From Verrucomicrobiota bacterium (GTDB taxonomy: Bacteria; Verrucomicrobiota; Verrucomicrobiia; Limisphaerales; SXQI01): a stretch of DNA of 64,000 bases. Shown here piece after piece: positions 27,810 to 39,321 of this stretch. Each line of letters starts with the position of its first letter. The first letter of the stretch is position 1. The translations under genes and the position numbers were made by a program. Under the pieces are notes generated by a model, which did not search any database, was not told the DNA's origin, and worked only from the letters and a program-made list of their open reading frames with translations. The DNA is taken from positions 1 through 64,000 of the forward strand of contig JANRLX010000027.1 in the NCBI GenBank assembly GCA_033762115.1, read 5' to 3'.

Positions 27810-29909
27810 ATGAAAAAACAGGTGCGGAAAATGGGCGCTATGATCATGGCCGGGTGTGTTTTATTAAATTCATCCATGCAGGCTGACGAGGGAATGTGGC
27901 TTTTTACTGACCCTCCAAAGGCTTACCTGAAAGAAAAGTATGGTTTTGAGCCAACTGACGCATGGTTGGAGCATGTTCAGAAATCTTCTGTTCGTTTTAA
28001 CAGCGGCGGTTCCGGCTCCTTTGTCTCCGAGGATGGCCTGGTAATGTCCAATCACCATGTGGGAGCGGACGCTCTGCAAAAATTGAGCACTCCAGAACGC
28101 AACCTGCTGAAGGAAGGGTTCCATGCCAAAACCCATGCTGAGGAGAAGCAGTGCCATGATCTTGAATTGAATGTGCTCATGAGCATCGAGGATGTCACCG
28201 AGCGAGTTACCCGTGCGGTGACTCCGGAGATGGATGCTGACAAAGCGTTTGCTGCCCGAAGGGCAATCATGGCTGAGATCGAAAAGGAATCGCTGGAAAA
28301 AACCGGTTTTCGCAGCGATGTCGTCACCCTGTTTCAGGGTGGGAAATATCATCTTTACCGTTTCAAAAAATATACGGATGTGCGGCTTGTTTTCGCCCCC
28401 GAGCAACAGATCGCATTTTTCGGAGGTGACCCGGACAATTTTGAGTATCCACGCTATGACCTGGATGTGGCTTTTTTTCGGGCCTATGAAAATGGGAAAC
28501 CGGTCAAGGTGGAGCATTACCTGAAATGGAGCAAGGCTGGCGCCGCGGAAAATGAGTTGGTGTTCGTTTCAGGTCATCCGGGCGGGACAAGTCGTTCGCT
28601 GATTGTCGAGGAGCTCGAGTATAAAAGGGATGTCCAGTTTCCCAGCTTATTGCAATGGCTCAACCGTCTCGAAGTGATGTTAAATGTTTACAGTGATCGT
28701 AGTTCCGAGAATGCGCGGCGGGCCAAGGATTATTTGTTTGGAGTGCAGAACAGCCGCAAAGCACGGGAAGGGGGATATGCCGGGTTGCTTGATCCGAAGC
28801 TGATCGCCCAGAAACGCACTGAGCAGCAGCAATTAATGGCGGCGGCGGAAGCCAGGCCTGACCTGAAACCAGCGGTGGAGGCTTTCGGAAAAATTGCTTC
28901 CGCGCAAAAGATCATTGCCGAGAATTCCGCGAAGTTCAACCTGCTGGAAGGTGGGCGAGGGTTTAATAGTGAATATTTCGACATTGCACGCACCATCGTT
29001 CGAGCTGCCGCAGAACGGAGCAAACCCAACGGTGAACGACTGCGGGAATATCGGGATTCGGCCCGGGAATCGCTGGAATTCGAGCTTTTTTCGGAACGCC
29101 CGATTTTCGATGACCTTGAGCAGCTGAAGCTTGAAAATTCACTTGCGTGGCTGGCACAGCAGCTCGGTTATCAGCATGAATTTGTGAAGAAAGTTCTGCA
29201 GGGAAAATCTCCACGCGAACGTGCTGCCGAACTGACATCGAATACCAGGATGGAAGATGTTGCGGTTCGGAAGGAGCTTTACAAAGCGGAGCCGGCGCAA
29301 CTTGCGGAGTCAAAAGATCCGATGATCCAGCTTGCCTTGCTGATCGATGATGAGTCGCGCGCGGTGCGGAAGATCATCGAAGCGCAGGACGAACTGAAAC
29401 GCCAGGCTTACGGGGAGATCGCCAAGGCAAAATTCGCCATCAAGGGAACTGGCACCTATCCCGACGCGACTTTTACCCTTCGGCTCGCCTTTGGAGAGGT
29501 GAAAGGTTATATGGAGAATGGTAAAAAACTGCCTCATCAGACCACTTACGATGGGCTTTACAAACGGTCGGCGGACCATGAAGGGCGACCACCGTTTGAC
29601 CTGCCGCCACGCTGGGTGGAAAAGAAATCAGCGCTGGACCTGAGCACCCTGTTTAACTTTGTCTGCACTGCTGATATTATCGGGGGAAATTCAGGCAGTC
29701 CTGTGATCAATAAAAATGCTGAGGTCGTCGGGTTGATCTTCGATGGAAATATCTATTCGCTCGTCCTTGATTTTGTTTACACAGACGAAATGGCACGAGC
29801 GATTTCGGTCCATTCACATGGAATTGTGGAGGCTTTGCGGAAGGTGTATCAGGCCAATGAACTCGCCGATGAGCTTGGCGGAGGGAAAAGCAAACGGACC
29901 GGATCATGA
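27810..29909 (+). CDS. S46 family dipeptidyl peptidase
   Basis: ADEGMW, SNHH, FGGDPDNFEYPRY, YPDATFTLR, DIIGGNSGSP. Confidence 0.93.
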   Translation: MKKQVRKMGAMIMAGCVLLNSSMQADEGMWLFTDPPKAYLKEKYGFEPTDAWLEHVQKSSVRFNSGGSGSFVSEDGLVMSNHHVGADALQKLSTPERNLLKEGFHAKTHAEEKQCHDLELNVLMSIEDVTERVTRAVTPEMDADKAFAARRAIMAEIEKESLEKTGFRSDVVTLFQGGKYHLYRFKKYTDVRLVFAPEQQIAFFGGDPDNFEYPRYDLDVAFFRAYENGKPVKVEHYLKWSKAGAAENELVFVSGHPGGTSRSLIVEELEYKRDVQFPSLLQWLNRLEVMLNVYSDRSSENARRAKDYLFGVQNSRKAREGGYAGLLDPKLIAQKRTEQQQLMAAAEARPDLKPAVEAFGKIASAQKIIAENSAKFNLLEGGRGFNSEYFDIARTIVRAAAERSKPNGERLREYRDSARESLEFELFSERPIFDDLEQLKLENSLAWLAQQLGYQHEFVKKVLQGKSPRERAAELTSNTRMEDVAVRKELYKAEPAQLAESKDPMIQLALLIDDESRAVRKIIEAQDELKRQAYGEIAKAKFAIKGTGTYPDATFTLRLAFGEVKGYMENGKKLPHQTTYDGLYKRSADHEGRPPFDLPPRWVEKKSALDLSTLFNFVCTADIIGGNSGSPVINKNAEVVGLIFDGNIYSLVLDFVYTDEMARAISVHSHGIVEALRKVYQANELADELGGGKSKRTGS

Positions 29910-31057
29910 GTAAAGTTCGCGTTGGGGTGGTCGGGCTGGGAAACATGGGAAGGTTCCATTCCGATTATCTTTCCCAGGGAAAAGTGGGCCGCTGTGAACT
30001 GGCCGCGGTTGCCAGTTCCGACCCGCAGAAGCTGGCGAAATACCCCAATGCCAAAAAGTTCGCGAGCGGCGAGGAGCTGATTGATTCAGGAATGGTGGAT
30101 GCGGTGCTGATTGCCACGCCGCATTATTCCCATACAACGTTTGGCATTCGGGCGTTGAACCGGGGTTTGCACATTATGGTGGAGAAGCCGATCTCCGTCC
30201 ATAAAGCCGACTGCCTGCGATTGATTGAAGCATCTCGCAAAACCAAATTGGTTTTTGGTGCGATGTTTCAACTGCGCACAGAACCTCGGTATCAAAAACT
30301 CAAGAAGCTGATTGTCGAGGGAGAGCTGGGCGAAATCGTGCGGGTTTCCTGGATTATCACCGATTGGTTTCGCACGGAAGCTTACTACTCCAGCGGCGGG
30401 TGGCGGGCGACATGGAAGGGTGAAGGAGGAGGCGCTTTACTGAATCAATGTCCTCACCAGCTGGACCTGATGCAATGGCTTTGCGGAATGCCCTCCAAAA
30501 TCCACGGTTTTGCCCAATTTGGTCGCTACCACAACATTGAGGTCGAGGATAATGTCACGGTTTATTTTGAATATCCCAATGGCGCGACGGGCGTTTTCAT
30601 CACTTCGACGGGTGAATCTCCAGGGACGAATCGATTCGAGATTGCGGGTGATCGTGGCAAAATTGTGATCGAACAGGGAAAGGTTTCATTCACCCGGAAC
30701 GAATCCTCGATGCGGGAGTTCAGCCGAAGCGCGAAATCCGGTTTTGCAAGGCCGGATGTTTGGAATATTGATATCCCGATCGAGAATGCTTCCAGCCAGC
30801 ATGCCACTGTCATGCAAAATTTCGTGGACGCCATTCTTGATGGGGCGCCATTGATCGTTCCAGGAGAAGAAGGGTTACGTTCCGTGGAATGGGCAAATGC
30901 GGCGCTCTACTCGACGTGGACCGGGCAGACAGTGGAACTTCCGCTGGACGCCACAGCTTACGAGAAGTTGCTGCAGGAAAAGATTGCAGCGTCGAAATTT
31001 GAAAAAACGGTCGTTGCTCCAGTTCAGGATGATTTCACGAAATCCTTTATCCGTTAA
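29906..31057 (+). CDS. Gfo/Idh/MocA family oxidoreductase
   Basis: GVVGLGNMG, ATPH, VEKP, GGGALLNQCPH. Confidence 0.92.
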   Translation: MSKVRVGVVGLGNMGRFHSDYLSQGKVGRCELAAVASSDPQKLAKYPNAKKFASGEELIDSGMVDAVLIATPHYSHTTFGIRALNRGLHIMVEKPISVHKADCLRLIEASRKTKLVFGAMFQLRTEPRYQKLKKLIVEGELGEIVRVSWIITDWFRTEAYYSSGGWRATWKGEGGGALLNQCPHQLDLMQWLCGMPSKIHGFAQFGRYHNIEVEDNVTVYFEYPNGATGVFITSTGESPGTNRFEIAGDRGKIVIEQGKVSFTRNESSMREFSRSAKSGFARPDVWNIDIPIENASSQHATVMQNFVDAILDGAPLIVPGEEGLRSVEWANAALYSTWTGQTVELPLDATAYEKLLQEKIAASKFEKTVVAPVQDDFTKSFIR

Positions 31058-31062
31058 TTTGC

Positions 31063-31995
31063 ATGCAATACTCTGGCATAGGTGATGAGGCAGCCAATCT
31101 GATCGATGATCAAATCCGGGCGATCAAAGCGCTTGGCTGGAACTATCTTGAGGCGCGCAATGTGGAAGTGGCCGGTTTTCCGAAAGGGAACATCCATGAT
31201 ATTCCAGACGCTGCATTTGATATCCTTTGCGGCAAATTGGAGGACGCCGGGATCAGAATCAATTGTTTTGGATCGGCGATTGCGAATTGGGGAAAGAAGA
31301 TTGATGAACCGTTCGATGCTTCCCTGGCTGAGGCTTGCCGCGCTATTCCGAGAATGCAACGACTCGGAACGAAATTTGTGCGAATCATGAGTTTCGCGGT
31401 GCGGGGTGAAGAGGATCAGATGGCGGAGGAGCGGTTTCGTCGATTGCGAGAGGTGACGAAAATGTTTTTGGATTCAGGCATCCAGCCTGTTCATGAGAAC
31501 TGCATGAATTATGGGGGGATGGGCTGGCCTTTTACCCTGGAATTATTGGAGAAAGTTCCGGGGCTGCGACTTGTTTTTGACACCGCGAACCCGGTTTTCA
31601 ACGATGATCGAAGCAAACCGAAACCGTGGCGCAAACAGGACCCCTGGGAATTTTATATCAATGTCAAAGAACAGATTGCCCATGTGCATATCAAGGATGC
31701 GATCTGGAACCCGCAAAAGAACGATGCTGATTACACCATGCCGGGAAAGGGAGATGGAAAGGTGCGCGCCATCATCAAAGATCTGCTCGCGAGCGGTTAC
31801 AAAGGATTCCTTTCAATTGAACCGCACGTTGCGGTGGTGTTTCACGATGCTTCGGTGAAGGCGGATGCGAACCAGATGGAATCCTCCTTTATTGAGTATG
31901 GGCGGCAGTTAATGAGCCTGGTCGCGGATATTGAGATCGAACTCAACCTTCCCGCAGAGCTTCAACGGGCTCCACGGATTGCTGAAAGTTGTTAA
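31063..31995 (+). CDS. sugar phosphate isomerase/epimerase (xylose isomerase-like TIM barrel)
   Basis: HEN, FDTAN, HVHIKD, LSIEPH. Confidence 0.85.
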   Translation: MQYSGIGDEAANLIDDQIRAIKALGWNYLEARNVEVAGFPKGNIHDIPDAAFDILCGKLEDAGIRINCFGSAIANWGKKIDEPFDASLAEACRAIPRMQRLGTKFVRIMSFAVRGEEDQMAEERFRRLREVTKMFLDSGIQPVHENCMNYGGMGWPFTLELLEKVPGLRLVFDTANPVFNDDRSKPKPWRKQDPWEFYINVKEQIAHVHIKDAIWNPQKNDADYTMPGKGDGKVRAIIKDLLASGYKGFLSIEPHVAVVFHDASVKADANQMESSFIEYGRQLMSLVADIEIELNLPAELQRAPRIAESC

Positions 31996-33296
31996 TCAAG
32001 GACGAGCTCGTGACCTTCCCGGGCGGCTTCGACGATGAGTTTGCTGCCGTGGCTTTCGGCAAGCTGGCGCGCGTGAGCAAGCATTTGCGCCACCCTGGTA
32101 TCGTCGTGATCGGGATCATGATGGAACAGGAAGAGGCGCTTCACCCCGGCACGAATGGCCAGTTCAACTGAATCATCGACACAACTATGGCCCCAGCTGA
32201 TATGATTCTCATATTCACTCAGGTCATATTGAGCGTCCATGATGGCGACATCCGCATTTCTCAGGAAATCAGCAAAGCGAGCGTCCTGTTCCTCCGCAAA
32301 TTGCACCGCTTCTCCGGTGGCCTTGTTGCTGGTGCGGAGTCTGCGGTGGAGTTCGTTATCGGGCATGTAAACAACGGTCCCGCTGCTGGTGCGAAGACGG
32401 TAACCGGCGCAAACCCCGGGATGATTCATAAAGGTGGCCTGCACGTTGACCTTGCCAATGGCAAATTCGAGGTCCTTCAATTCATGAATGGCTAGGTTCC
32501 CCGGCATTTGCTGCATGCTGATGGGAAAATAGGGGCTCTCCATCTGACTTGCCAGAGTCGCTTCCAGTCCACGCCGCGCTCCTTCAAAAGAGAGAATCCG
32601 CACCTCATTTTTTGAATTATATGCCGGGCTGAAAAATGGAAATCCCTGGATATGGTCCCAATGAGTATGGGAGATCAGGATCGTAATCTTCACCGGGCGA
32701 TTCCGAAACTCGGTCTGAATTTTACGACCGAGAGGCCGAATGCCTGAACCGGCATCGAGGATGATCAGTTCACCATCGGCTCGAAGTTCCACGCAGGCAG
32801 TATTGCCGCCATAAAAAACCGTGTCCGGGCCCGGGGTGGGAATGGAGCCGCGAACACCCCAAAATTTCAGCCGGGTTGCTGAGTGAGGATCCAGTGAGGG
32901 GCCCAGTAGATCCGTTTCCTTCGAACTTCCGCCGATGCTGGCTTTCTCGAGGATTTTGAAAAGTTCATCCGGTTTGATCGGTTTGGTGATGTAGTCATCC
33001 GCACCGGCTTCAAATGCATTCAGGCGATCTGTTGCATAGGCACTGCCGGTGGTGACCACGATCCGGGTGTTGGGAAGATAATCACGCTGTGATTTGAGCG
33101 CCCGGCAAAACTGGAACCCGTTGCATCGCGGCATGAGCAGGTCGCACAGGACAACGTCCGGTTTTTTTTGCAGGGCAATATTCAGACCAGCTTCTCCATC
33201 CTCAGCCTGAAATACTTGCCAACCGTGACTTTCAAACAATTCCGTAAAGAGAGAACGGAATCCATGGTCATCGTCGATCAGGAGGACGGATTTCAT
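31992..33296 (-). CDS. response-regulator receiver fused to MBL-fold metallohydrolase
   Basis: LLIDDD, LCDLLMP, ITKP; then FWGVRGS, LDAGSG, SHTHWDH, WGHS, FHHDP. Confidence 0.9.
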   Translation of the reverse strand: MKSVLLIDDDHGFRSLFTELFESHGWQVFQAEDGEAGLNIALQKKPDVVLCDLLMPRCNGFQFCRALKSQRDYLPNTRIVVTTGSAYATDRLNAFEAGADDYITKPIKPDELFKILEKASIGGSSKETDLLGPSLDPHSATRLKFWGVRGSIPTPGPDTVFYGGNTACVELRADGELIILDAGSGIRPLGRKIQTEFRNRPVKITILISHTHWDHIQGFPFFSPAYNSKNEVRILSFEGARRGLEATLASQMESPYFPISMQQMPGNLAIHELKDLEFAIGKVNVQATFMNHPGVCAGYRLRTSSGTVVYMPDNELHRRLRTSNKATGEAVQFAEEQDARFADFLRNADVAIMDAQYDLSEYENHISWGHSCVDDSVELAIRAGVKRLFLFHHDPDHDDTRVAQMLAHARQLAESHGSKLIVEAAREGHELVLD

Positions 33297-33419
33297 TGGA
33301 ACCCATCTCATAGAGGGGAGTGGGTCGGGTTGCAAGCGATTTGGTCATAAACCACAGAAAAGAGGGCGAAATCACCCCCTTTCTCCCGTTAAAACATGAA
33401 TAAACAGGTGAAATGTTAT

Positions 33420-35723
33420 CTAAAAACGACCTTCGGTTGCCTTTTCCGGGACAATGGCTTTGCTTGTCTGACAAGGAATGGAACTTACCTGATCGACTCG
33501 GTTCAGGTTCCTGCCAAGCTCAATGGATGTGACAGTTTCAGGGCGTTTTGCCAGAAAATATTTATCCAATGCCTGTTCAAACGTTGGCAGCAATAATCCG
33601 CGCTCAGAGCCCAGCACCGAATAAATGGGGCGAGCGGCAGGAAGATGAAATTTGTGCAATGGGCGCGGCTCGATCAGGTGTGTCGGCAGGCCTGCACGGG
33701 TCGCGGCGAGGTAGGCCAGTTCCGCCCATGTGATCGCTCCCTGGTTGGCGAGGTGCCAGATTCCAGACTCGCCATCAATCAATAAATCCAGGGTTGTGTT
33801 TACGAGGTCCGGCACATAGGTCGGCGAAACAATGGCATCAACAGGCGCCTGGACGATTTCATTGGCACGCAGTTTATTCAGAGTCACGGTAATAAAATTG
33901 TGCTCATCCCAGGGCCCAAAAAATGCACTGGTCCTGATGAGCAATGCAGCCGGGAACAGCTGCAATGCCTGTCGTTCTCCCTCCGCCTTGGTTTCACCAT
34001 AAATATTCAATGGAGAGACGGGGTCACTCTCCTTGTAAGGTGTGCGTTTCAAGCCGTCGAAGACCAGATCACTGGAGAATGTGACCAGCCTGATTCCATG
34101 GGCGGCGCAAATTTTTGCCAGTGTTGCGGGACCGGTTGTATTTTCTCTCCTGCAACGCTCCTGTTCTGCTTCAGCCTGGTCCACCCGCACGTAACCTGCG
34201 GTGTTAACCACTGCCCAGGGTTTTAGGGTGCTGAGCATTGTTTCGACCGCTTCCGGAGAGGCAATGTCCAGTTCCTGCCGATTTAGCAGGCGGTATGGCA
34301 AACCGCGAATCTCACAGAGTCGGGCAAAGGCTTTTCCCAGGGTTCCGGTGGCCCCTGTGATGAGCAATGGTTGGGCAGTCTGGGTTGATTCAGGTGCAGA
34401 GGATAATGCTTCCATGGACTGGATCGGCATGACTGGAGGATAAAGTAAACGAATTTCTCTCCTCCACCAACCGGGGGAATGCAACACAGGATGATCGAAT
34501 GACTTTTTATCACCTAAAGCTGCGGCAGTTTGCGCGATTCCGGTTGGGCGAGGGGGAGAGCTGCGCAGGTCAAACGCACCCGGTTCATATTCGCGATCAG
34601 TCCGGGTGAGAAGGCTTGCCCAATCATAGGCCCCGAGCATGGACCATACTGTGACTGCCCGAATATCTGCTCCTTCCACCTTCAATTTGCAACAACCCTG
34701 CCAAACCTCCTTCAACCAGCGCATTTGCTCTTCCCGAGTGCAGCCCAGATGCGCTTCGGTGATTGCCAGGGGCTTTTGGTATCGCTCCCATACTTCCCGC
34801 AAGATGCCAGCGGCACCCGCAATACCCAGGGCCGAAACCCGAACCGCGGAGACATCGGCGTAAGATTCCCGTCCATTTCCTCCGTGATTCCGCTCCGGAT
34901 AATATTGGAGGCGCTCATCCAAAAAACGCTCGCTGGTAACGTAATAATTAATTCCAAAAATATCAGGGGAGCAGGGGGACTCCTTGAACTGAAGAATTTC
35001 AGATGGTTCAAGGCCATTTTCGATCAGGTAGTTCCACATCCAATGCTGTTCATCAATACGCCCGCACAACAGATCAAAGCTCAACCAGCGGCGCTCATTG
35101 TCGAAACGAGCCTGGTAGGCCATATGCTCCGTGCTGTAGGTTTTGCCCATGTCTTCAGTTTGTACCAGCTGAGCGGCGGGGTTGATTGTGCGAATGGCAG
35201 CCATGGCAAGTTTGGTTGCCTGGCATTCGATCAATAAACTGCGCAAAAAACTTTTTGAATCAGCGCGATGCGGATACCAGTGACCGTAAAGACAGCTAAA
35301 GCGTGCGGTGGTTAATGGCTCGTTGACAGGGGTATAATATTTCACCCAGGGAAACTGCCGTGCGACCTTGGCTGCATACTCGGCCAGCAATGGAGCAAAT
35401 TGAGGGTCCAGGAGATTGGTGAATTCCGGTCCGCTCCCATGATGCACCAATCCGACAATGGGATCGATGCCAAGGTCACGAATACGTTCCAGCCGTTTTG
35501 TATCCCCAGAAAAATCTGGTTGTGCCTGAGGATGTCTTTCCCACAAAACAGGGTAACGAATCGCTTGAATTCCCAATTCAGCGATCCGGTCCAGGTCGGA
35601 AATTCTGGAATAATGGCCTGCAAGTTCCAATTGATCATTATAACGGTCACCCACTCTGTTAATGGTGCATTCAATCCCCCCCCACAACTCGAGTCCGTTT
35701 TCTTTCGCTGTTTTCAAATCCAT
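33420..35723 (-). CDS. GH1-like glycoside hydrolase fused to RmlD-like SDR
   Basis: TPVNEP and ITEAH catalytic glutamates; ITGATGTLG, FSSDLVFDG, YGETK, SPTY; SD ggagg before ATG 35723. Confidence 0.88.
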   Translation of the reverse strand: MDLKTAKENGLELWGGIECTINRVGDRYNDQLELAGHYSRISDLDRIAELGIQAIRYPVLWERHPQAQPDFSGDTKRLERIRDLGIDPIVGLVHHGSGPEFTNLLDPQFAPLLAEYAAKVARQFPWVKYYTPVNEPLTTARFSCLYGHWYPHRADSKSFLRSLLIECQATKLAMAAIRTINPAAQLVQTEDMGKTYSTEHMAYQARFDNERRWLSFDLLCGRIDEQHWMWNYLIENGLEPSEILQFKESPCSPDIFGINYYVTSERFLDERLQYYPERNHGGNGRESYADVSAVRVSALGIAGAAGILREVWERYQKPLAITEAHLGCTREEQMRWLKEVWQGCCKLKVEGADIRAVTVWSMLGAYDWASLLTRTDREYEPGAFDLRSSPPRPTGIAQTAAALGDKKSFDHPVLHSPGWWRREIRLLYPPVMPIQSMEALSSAPESTQTAQPLLITGATGTLGKAFARLCEIRGLPYRLLNRQELDIASPEAVETMLSTLKPWAVVNTAGYVRVDQAEAEQERCRRENTTGPATLAKICAAHGIRLVTFSSDLVFDGLKRTPYKESDPVSPLNIYGETKAEGERQALQLFPAALLIRTSAFFGPWDEHNFITVTLNKLRANEIVQAPVDAIVSPTYVPDLVNTTLDLLIDGESGIWHLANQGAITWAELAYLAATRAGLPTHLIEPRPLHKFHLPAARPIYSVLGSERGLLLPTFEQALDKYFLAKRPETVTSIELGRNLNRVDQVSSIPCQTSKAIVPEKATEGRF

Positions 35724-35985
35724 TTCCAACCTCCTCTGCTGATGCTATTGGGACGCATCAAACTGCACAAAATTTACGGGCAGAGCAGGCGGAAATCTGT
35801 ACAGTCAATCCCCCAAACTTGATAAGGAGAGTGCCTGATGTGGATGATGGCATGATTTCTCTCATACTGTTTTAAGTGGGTTTTCACAAAAACTGTGCAT
35901 CTTACGCAGTGTGCTCTCCCTGGCAGAGTCGTTTCCAACCATTCAAATTGCGCACCCTGAAATCTCTTCTTAATATGCAGATGTA

Positions 35986-38900
35986 ATGTTGAAGCGTGAA
36001 TTGATGTTATGCACCCGAGCGGTGGGTGTGTTGTTGTTAACGGCACCCTGTTTTAATAAAGCCAGTGCGGCTGAACCTGGTAATTCGAGGCCTGATGCTC
36101 CGATGGTGGCTGAAGCTTCCGGGGAAGGGGAATTGGCCATCAAAGGACTTCAGCTTCCAAGCGGGTTCAAAGCGGAACTGATCGCAGCGGAACCGCATCT
36201 TGCGAACCCAGTTGCCTTTTACATCGATCATTCCGGCAAAATTTTTGTAGCGGAAACATTCCGCCACGGTGCAGGGGTGACGGATATTCGCGGTCACAAT
36301 AATTGGCTGGATGAAGATTTGGCTTCGAGGACGGTGGATGATCGGCTGGCGATGTTGCGCCGACATGAAGGTTCCCACTTTCCAAATTACAGCAAGCAAT
36401 CTGATCGCATCAAACTGTTGGAGGACCGGGACGGTGACGGAAAAATCGATCATTCGACAGTATTTGCCGATGGGTTTTACGATCCGCTCTCAGGCATTGG
36501 GTCGGGAGTGCTCTCATGGAGAGGGGAAACATGGTATGCAAATATTCCTGATCTCTGGCTCTTAAAGGATAGTGATCAGAATGGGGTGGCTGAATTCAGA
36601 AAATCGTTGCATCACGGATTTGGTGTAAGGGTTGGCTTTTTGGGACATGACCTGCATGGGCTTCGCCTTGGACCGGACGGGAAGCTTTATTTTAGCATCG
36701 GTGATCGCGGCACCAGCGTTGATGTTGGTCACGGGACTCGTGTCGGTGACCCGGACAGCGGCGCGGTTTACCGCTGCAATCGTGATGGAAGTGATCTGGA
36801 ACTGTTCGCCTTTGGCTTGCGAAATCCGCAGGAAATCATTTTTGATCAGTACGGCAATCTTTTCACTGGAGACAATAATTCAGACGGTGGCGACCGCGCC
36901 CGTTGGGTTTACCTTGTTGAAGGGGGGGATAGTGGATGGCGGATTGGATATCAATTCATTGAATCGCCAAATGCTCGAGGACCCTGGAACGCTGAAAAGC
37001 TGTGGCATCCGAAATGGGATGGGCAAGCTGCCTACCTTCTTCCGCCGATTGCAAATGTCAGCGATGGTCCCAGCGGTTTGACGTATTATCCAGGTACCGG
37101 ACTTCCCGAGAAGTATGCCGGTCATTTTTTCCTGGTGGATTTTAAAGGCAGCAGGGGAAGCGGTATTCATTCATTCAAAGTTGAGCCTGCAGGGGCAACC
37201 TTCCGGCTGGCAAATCGGGAAAATTTTGTTTGGGAAGCGCTCCCGACCGATGTTGATTTTGGATTGGACGGCGGCGTTTACTTTACTGATTGGGTGCAAG
37301 GCTGGGGTAAAACCGGGAAAGGGAGAGTCTATCGCGTCTACAACCCGGATACTGCTGCTGCGGCAATTGTCATAGAGACCAGGAAATTACTGCAAAGTGA
37401 TTTTCGCAAGAAGAGCATCGGCGATCTGTCCAGATTGTTGAATCATGCGGACATGCGTGTCCGTCAGGAAGCCCAGTTTGAACTGTCTTTCCGGGGCAGG
37501 AAAGGCTTGGAGGCGTTCATCAAGACTACGCAAAATGGATCGCAGCTTGCGAAAATTCATTCGCTATGGGGGCTGGGACAAATTGGACGGGAGCAGGCAT
37601 CGTTGGTGATCAAGGCGCTGCTTGATGGAACGCGGGACAAGGATGCGGAAGTCCGTTCCCAGGCAGCGAAAGTCCTCGCTGATCTCAAGTTAAAAGGTGC
37701 GGAGGAAACATTCATTTCCTTATTAAAAGACCCGGAACCGCGTCCCCGATTTTTCGCAGCAATCGGCCTGGGCAAGCTTCGTTCCGAAAAAGCATTTGAT
37801 GCAGTGGTCGAACTCCTGCGAGAGAATAACGACAAGGACGTTTACATCCGCCATGCGGCAGTCATGGCATTGACCGGCATTGGAAACACAGAAGCGCTCC
37901 TTGCCCGGGCAAAGGATGAATCTTCGGCTGTTCGCATGGGAATTCTTCTGGCATTGCGCCGTTTACAACGAGCGGAGGTGGGGGTGTTCCTGAAAGACAG
38001 CTCACCGTTGATCGTGACAGAAGCAGCCAGAGCGATCAATGACGTGCCAATCAGTGGTGCAATGCTTGATCTGGCTGGATTAACGAGCAATCTCCGCAAT
38101 TCAGAAGTGGCTCCTGAATTGGGAAGACGAATTGTAAACGCCAATTTGCGGGTGGGAATCCAGCAAACCGCCGAGCATTTGGGAAGCATCGCCGCAGACC
38201 CCGGTGTGCCGGAGGCATTTCGCGCAGAGGCATTGCGCGCGCTCGGAAATTGGGAGCAGCCTTCAGGGCGTGACAGGGTTACCGGCCTCTGGCGCCCGGT
38301 GGTGGGGCCGCGAAAACAGCAGGATGCGGTCAAGGCTATTGAACCGCGCCTTGCCACCATTCTGTCAACCGCGCCGGAATCAGTCCAACGTGCGGCGGCC
38401 AGGGCTATTGCCCAGCTTGGGATTAACTCCTCCGGAGGAGATCTCGCAAAGCTCGTGCAATCCAGCGGCAGTTCTGCGGTGGTCCGGGTGGAATCGCTGC
38501 GTGCGCTGGCTGAGTTGAATCATGATCAGCTGGCGGCGGCGCTGGATGCTGCCCAAAACGATAACAGTGAGGAAGTTCGGCGCGAGGCGATCAAGCTTGG
38601 GGCAAACGCAAAGCCGACCGGGGCAATTGGCCAATTGGCATCAATTCTTGAAAGCGGTTCTGCTGGCGAAAAGCAAAGTGCTTTCGCCGCCCTGGCGAAC
38701 ATCGAAGGAAACAGCGCTGATGAGCTGCTCCTGAAATGGATGGAAAAATTGAAGAAAGGTGAGGTGCCGCAGGAGATCGTGCTGGATCTGATCGAGGCGG
38801 TTGCAAAGCGAAGTTCCGCGATTGTGAAAAGCAAATTGCAGGAGTATGAGGCAACCCTCCCCGCTTCGGACGAATTGAAAGAGTTTCAAGCTTCACTCGT

Positions 38901-39321
38901 GGGGGGGAATGCTGCCGAAGGAAAAAAAATATTTCACGAACGGGCTGATGCAGCCTGCCTCCGCTGCCATAAAATCAACGGTGAAGGCGGTGAGGTGGGG
39001 CCGGAACTGACCGGGCTTGGCCAAAAACAAAACCGCCAATATATCCTGGAGGCGATTGTCTACCCAAACAAGCATATTGCCCCTGGATATGAGAGCGTCA
39101 TCGTCACGACCAAGAGCGGCATTGCCTACGCCGGCGTGATCAAAAGTGAAAATGACCAGGAACTCGTCTTGAATTCGCCTGAGGATGGAATTGTCACTTT
39201 AAAGAAAACGGATGTCACAGGTCGTGAACGTGGCTTGTCCGGAATGCCGGAAGGATTGGGTTCGCTCCTGACCAAACAGGAATTGCGAAACTTGATCGAA
39301 TTTCTTGCCACCAGCAAATGA
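35986..39321 (+). CDS. PVC-type membrane dehydrogenase-like protein (propeller + HEAT repeats + cytochrome c)
   Basis: [20 protein letters not shown] repeats, CLRCH, GPELTG, SGMPEG. Confidence 0.87.
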   Translation: MLKRELMLCTRAVGVLLLTAPCFNKASAAEPGNSRPDAPMVAEASGEGELAIKGLQLPSGFKAELIAAEPHLANPVAFYIDHSGKIFVAETFRHGAGVTDIRGHNNWLDEDLASRTVDDRLAMLRRHEGSHFPNYSKQSDRIKLLEDRDGDGKIDHSTVFADGFYDPLSGIGSGVLSWRGETWYANIPDLWLLKDSDQNGVAEFRKSLHHGFGVRVGFLGHDLHGLRLGPDGKLYFSIGDRGTSVDVGHGTRVGDPDSGAVYRCNRDGSDLELFAFGLRNPQEIIFDQYGNLFTGDNNSDGGDRARWVYLVEGGDSGWRIGYQFIESPNARGPWNAEKLWHPKWDGQAAYLLPPIANVSDGPSGLTYYPGTGLPEKYAGHFFLVDFKGSRGSGIHSFKVEPAGATFRLANRENFVWEALPTDVDFGLDGGVYFTDWVQGWGKTGKGRVYRVYNPDTAAAAIVIETRKLLQSDFRKKSIGDLSRLLNHADMRVRQEAQFELSFRGRKGLEAFIKTTQNGSQLAKIHSLWGLGQIGREQASLVIKALLDGTRDKDAEVRSQAAKVLADLKLKGAEETFISLLKDPEPRPRFFAAIGLGKLRSEKAFDAVVELLRENNDKDVYIRHAAVMALTGIGNTEALLARAKDESSAVRMGILLALRRLQRAEVGVFLKDSSPLIVTEAARAINDVPISGAMLDLAGLTSNLRNSEVAPELGRRIVNANLRVGIQQTAEHLGSIAADPGVPEAFRAEALRALGNWEQPSGRDRVTGLWRPVVGPRKQQDAVKAIEPRLATILSTAPESVQRAAARAIAQLGINSSGGDLAKLVQSSGSSAVVRVESLRALAELNHDQLAAALDAAQNDNSEEVRREAIKLGANAKPTGAIGQLASILESGSAGEKQSAFAALANIEGNSADELLLKWMEKLKKGEVPQEIVLDLIEAVAKRSSAIVKSKLQEYEATLPASDELKEFQASLVGGNAAEGKKIFHERADAACLRCHKINGEGGEVGPELTGLGQKQNRQYILEAIVYPNKHIAPGYESVIVTTKSGIAYAGVIKSENDQELVLNSPEDGIVTLKKTDVTGRERGLSGMPEGLGSLLTKQELRNLIEFLATSK

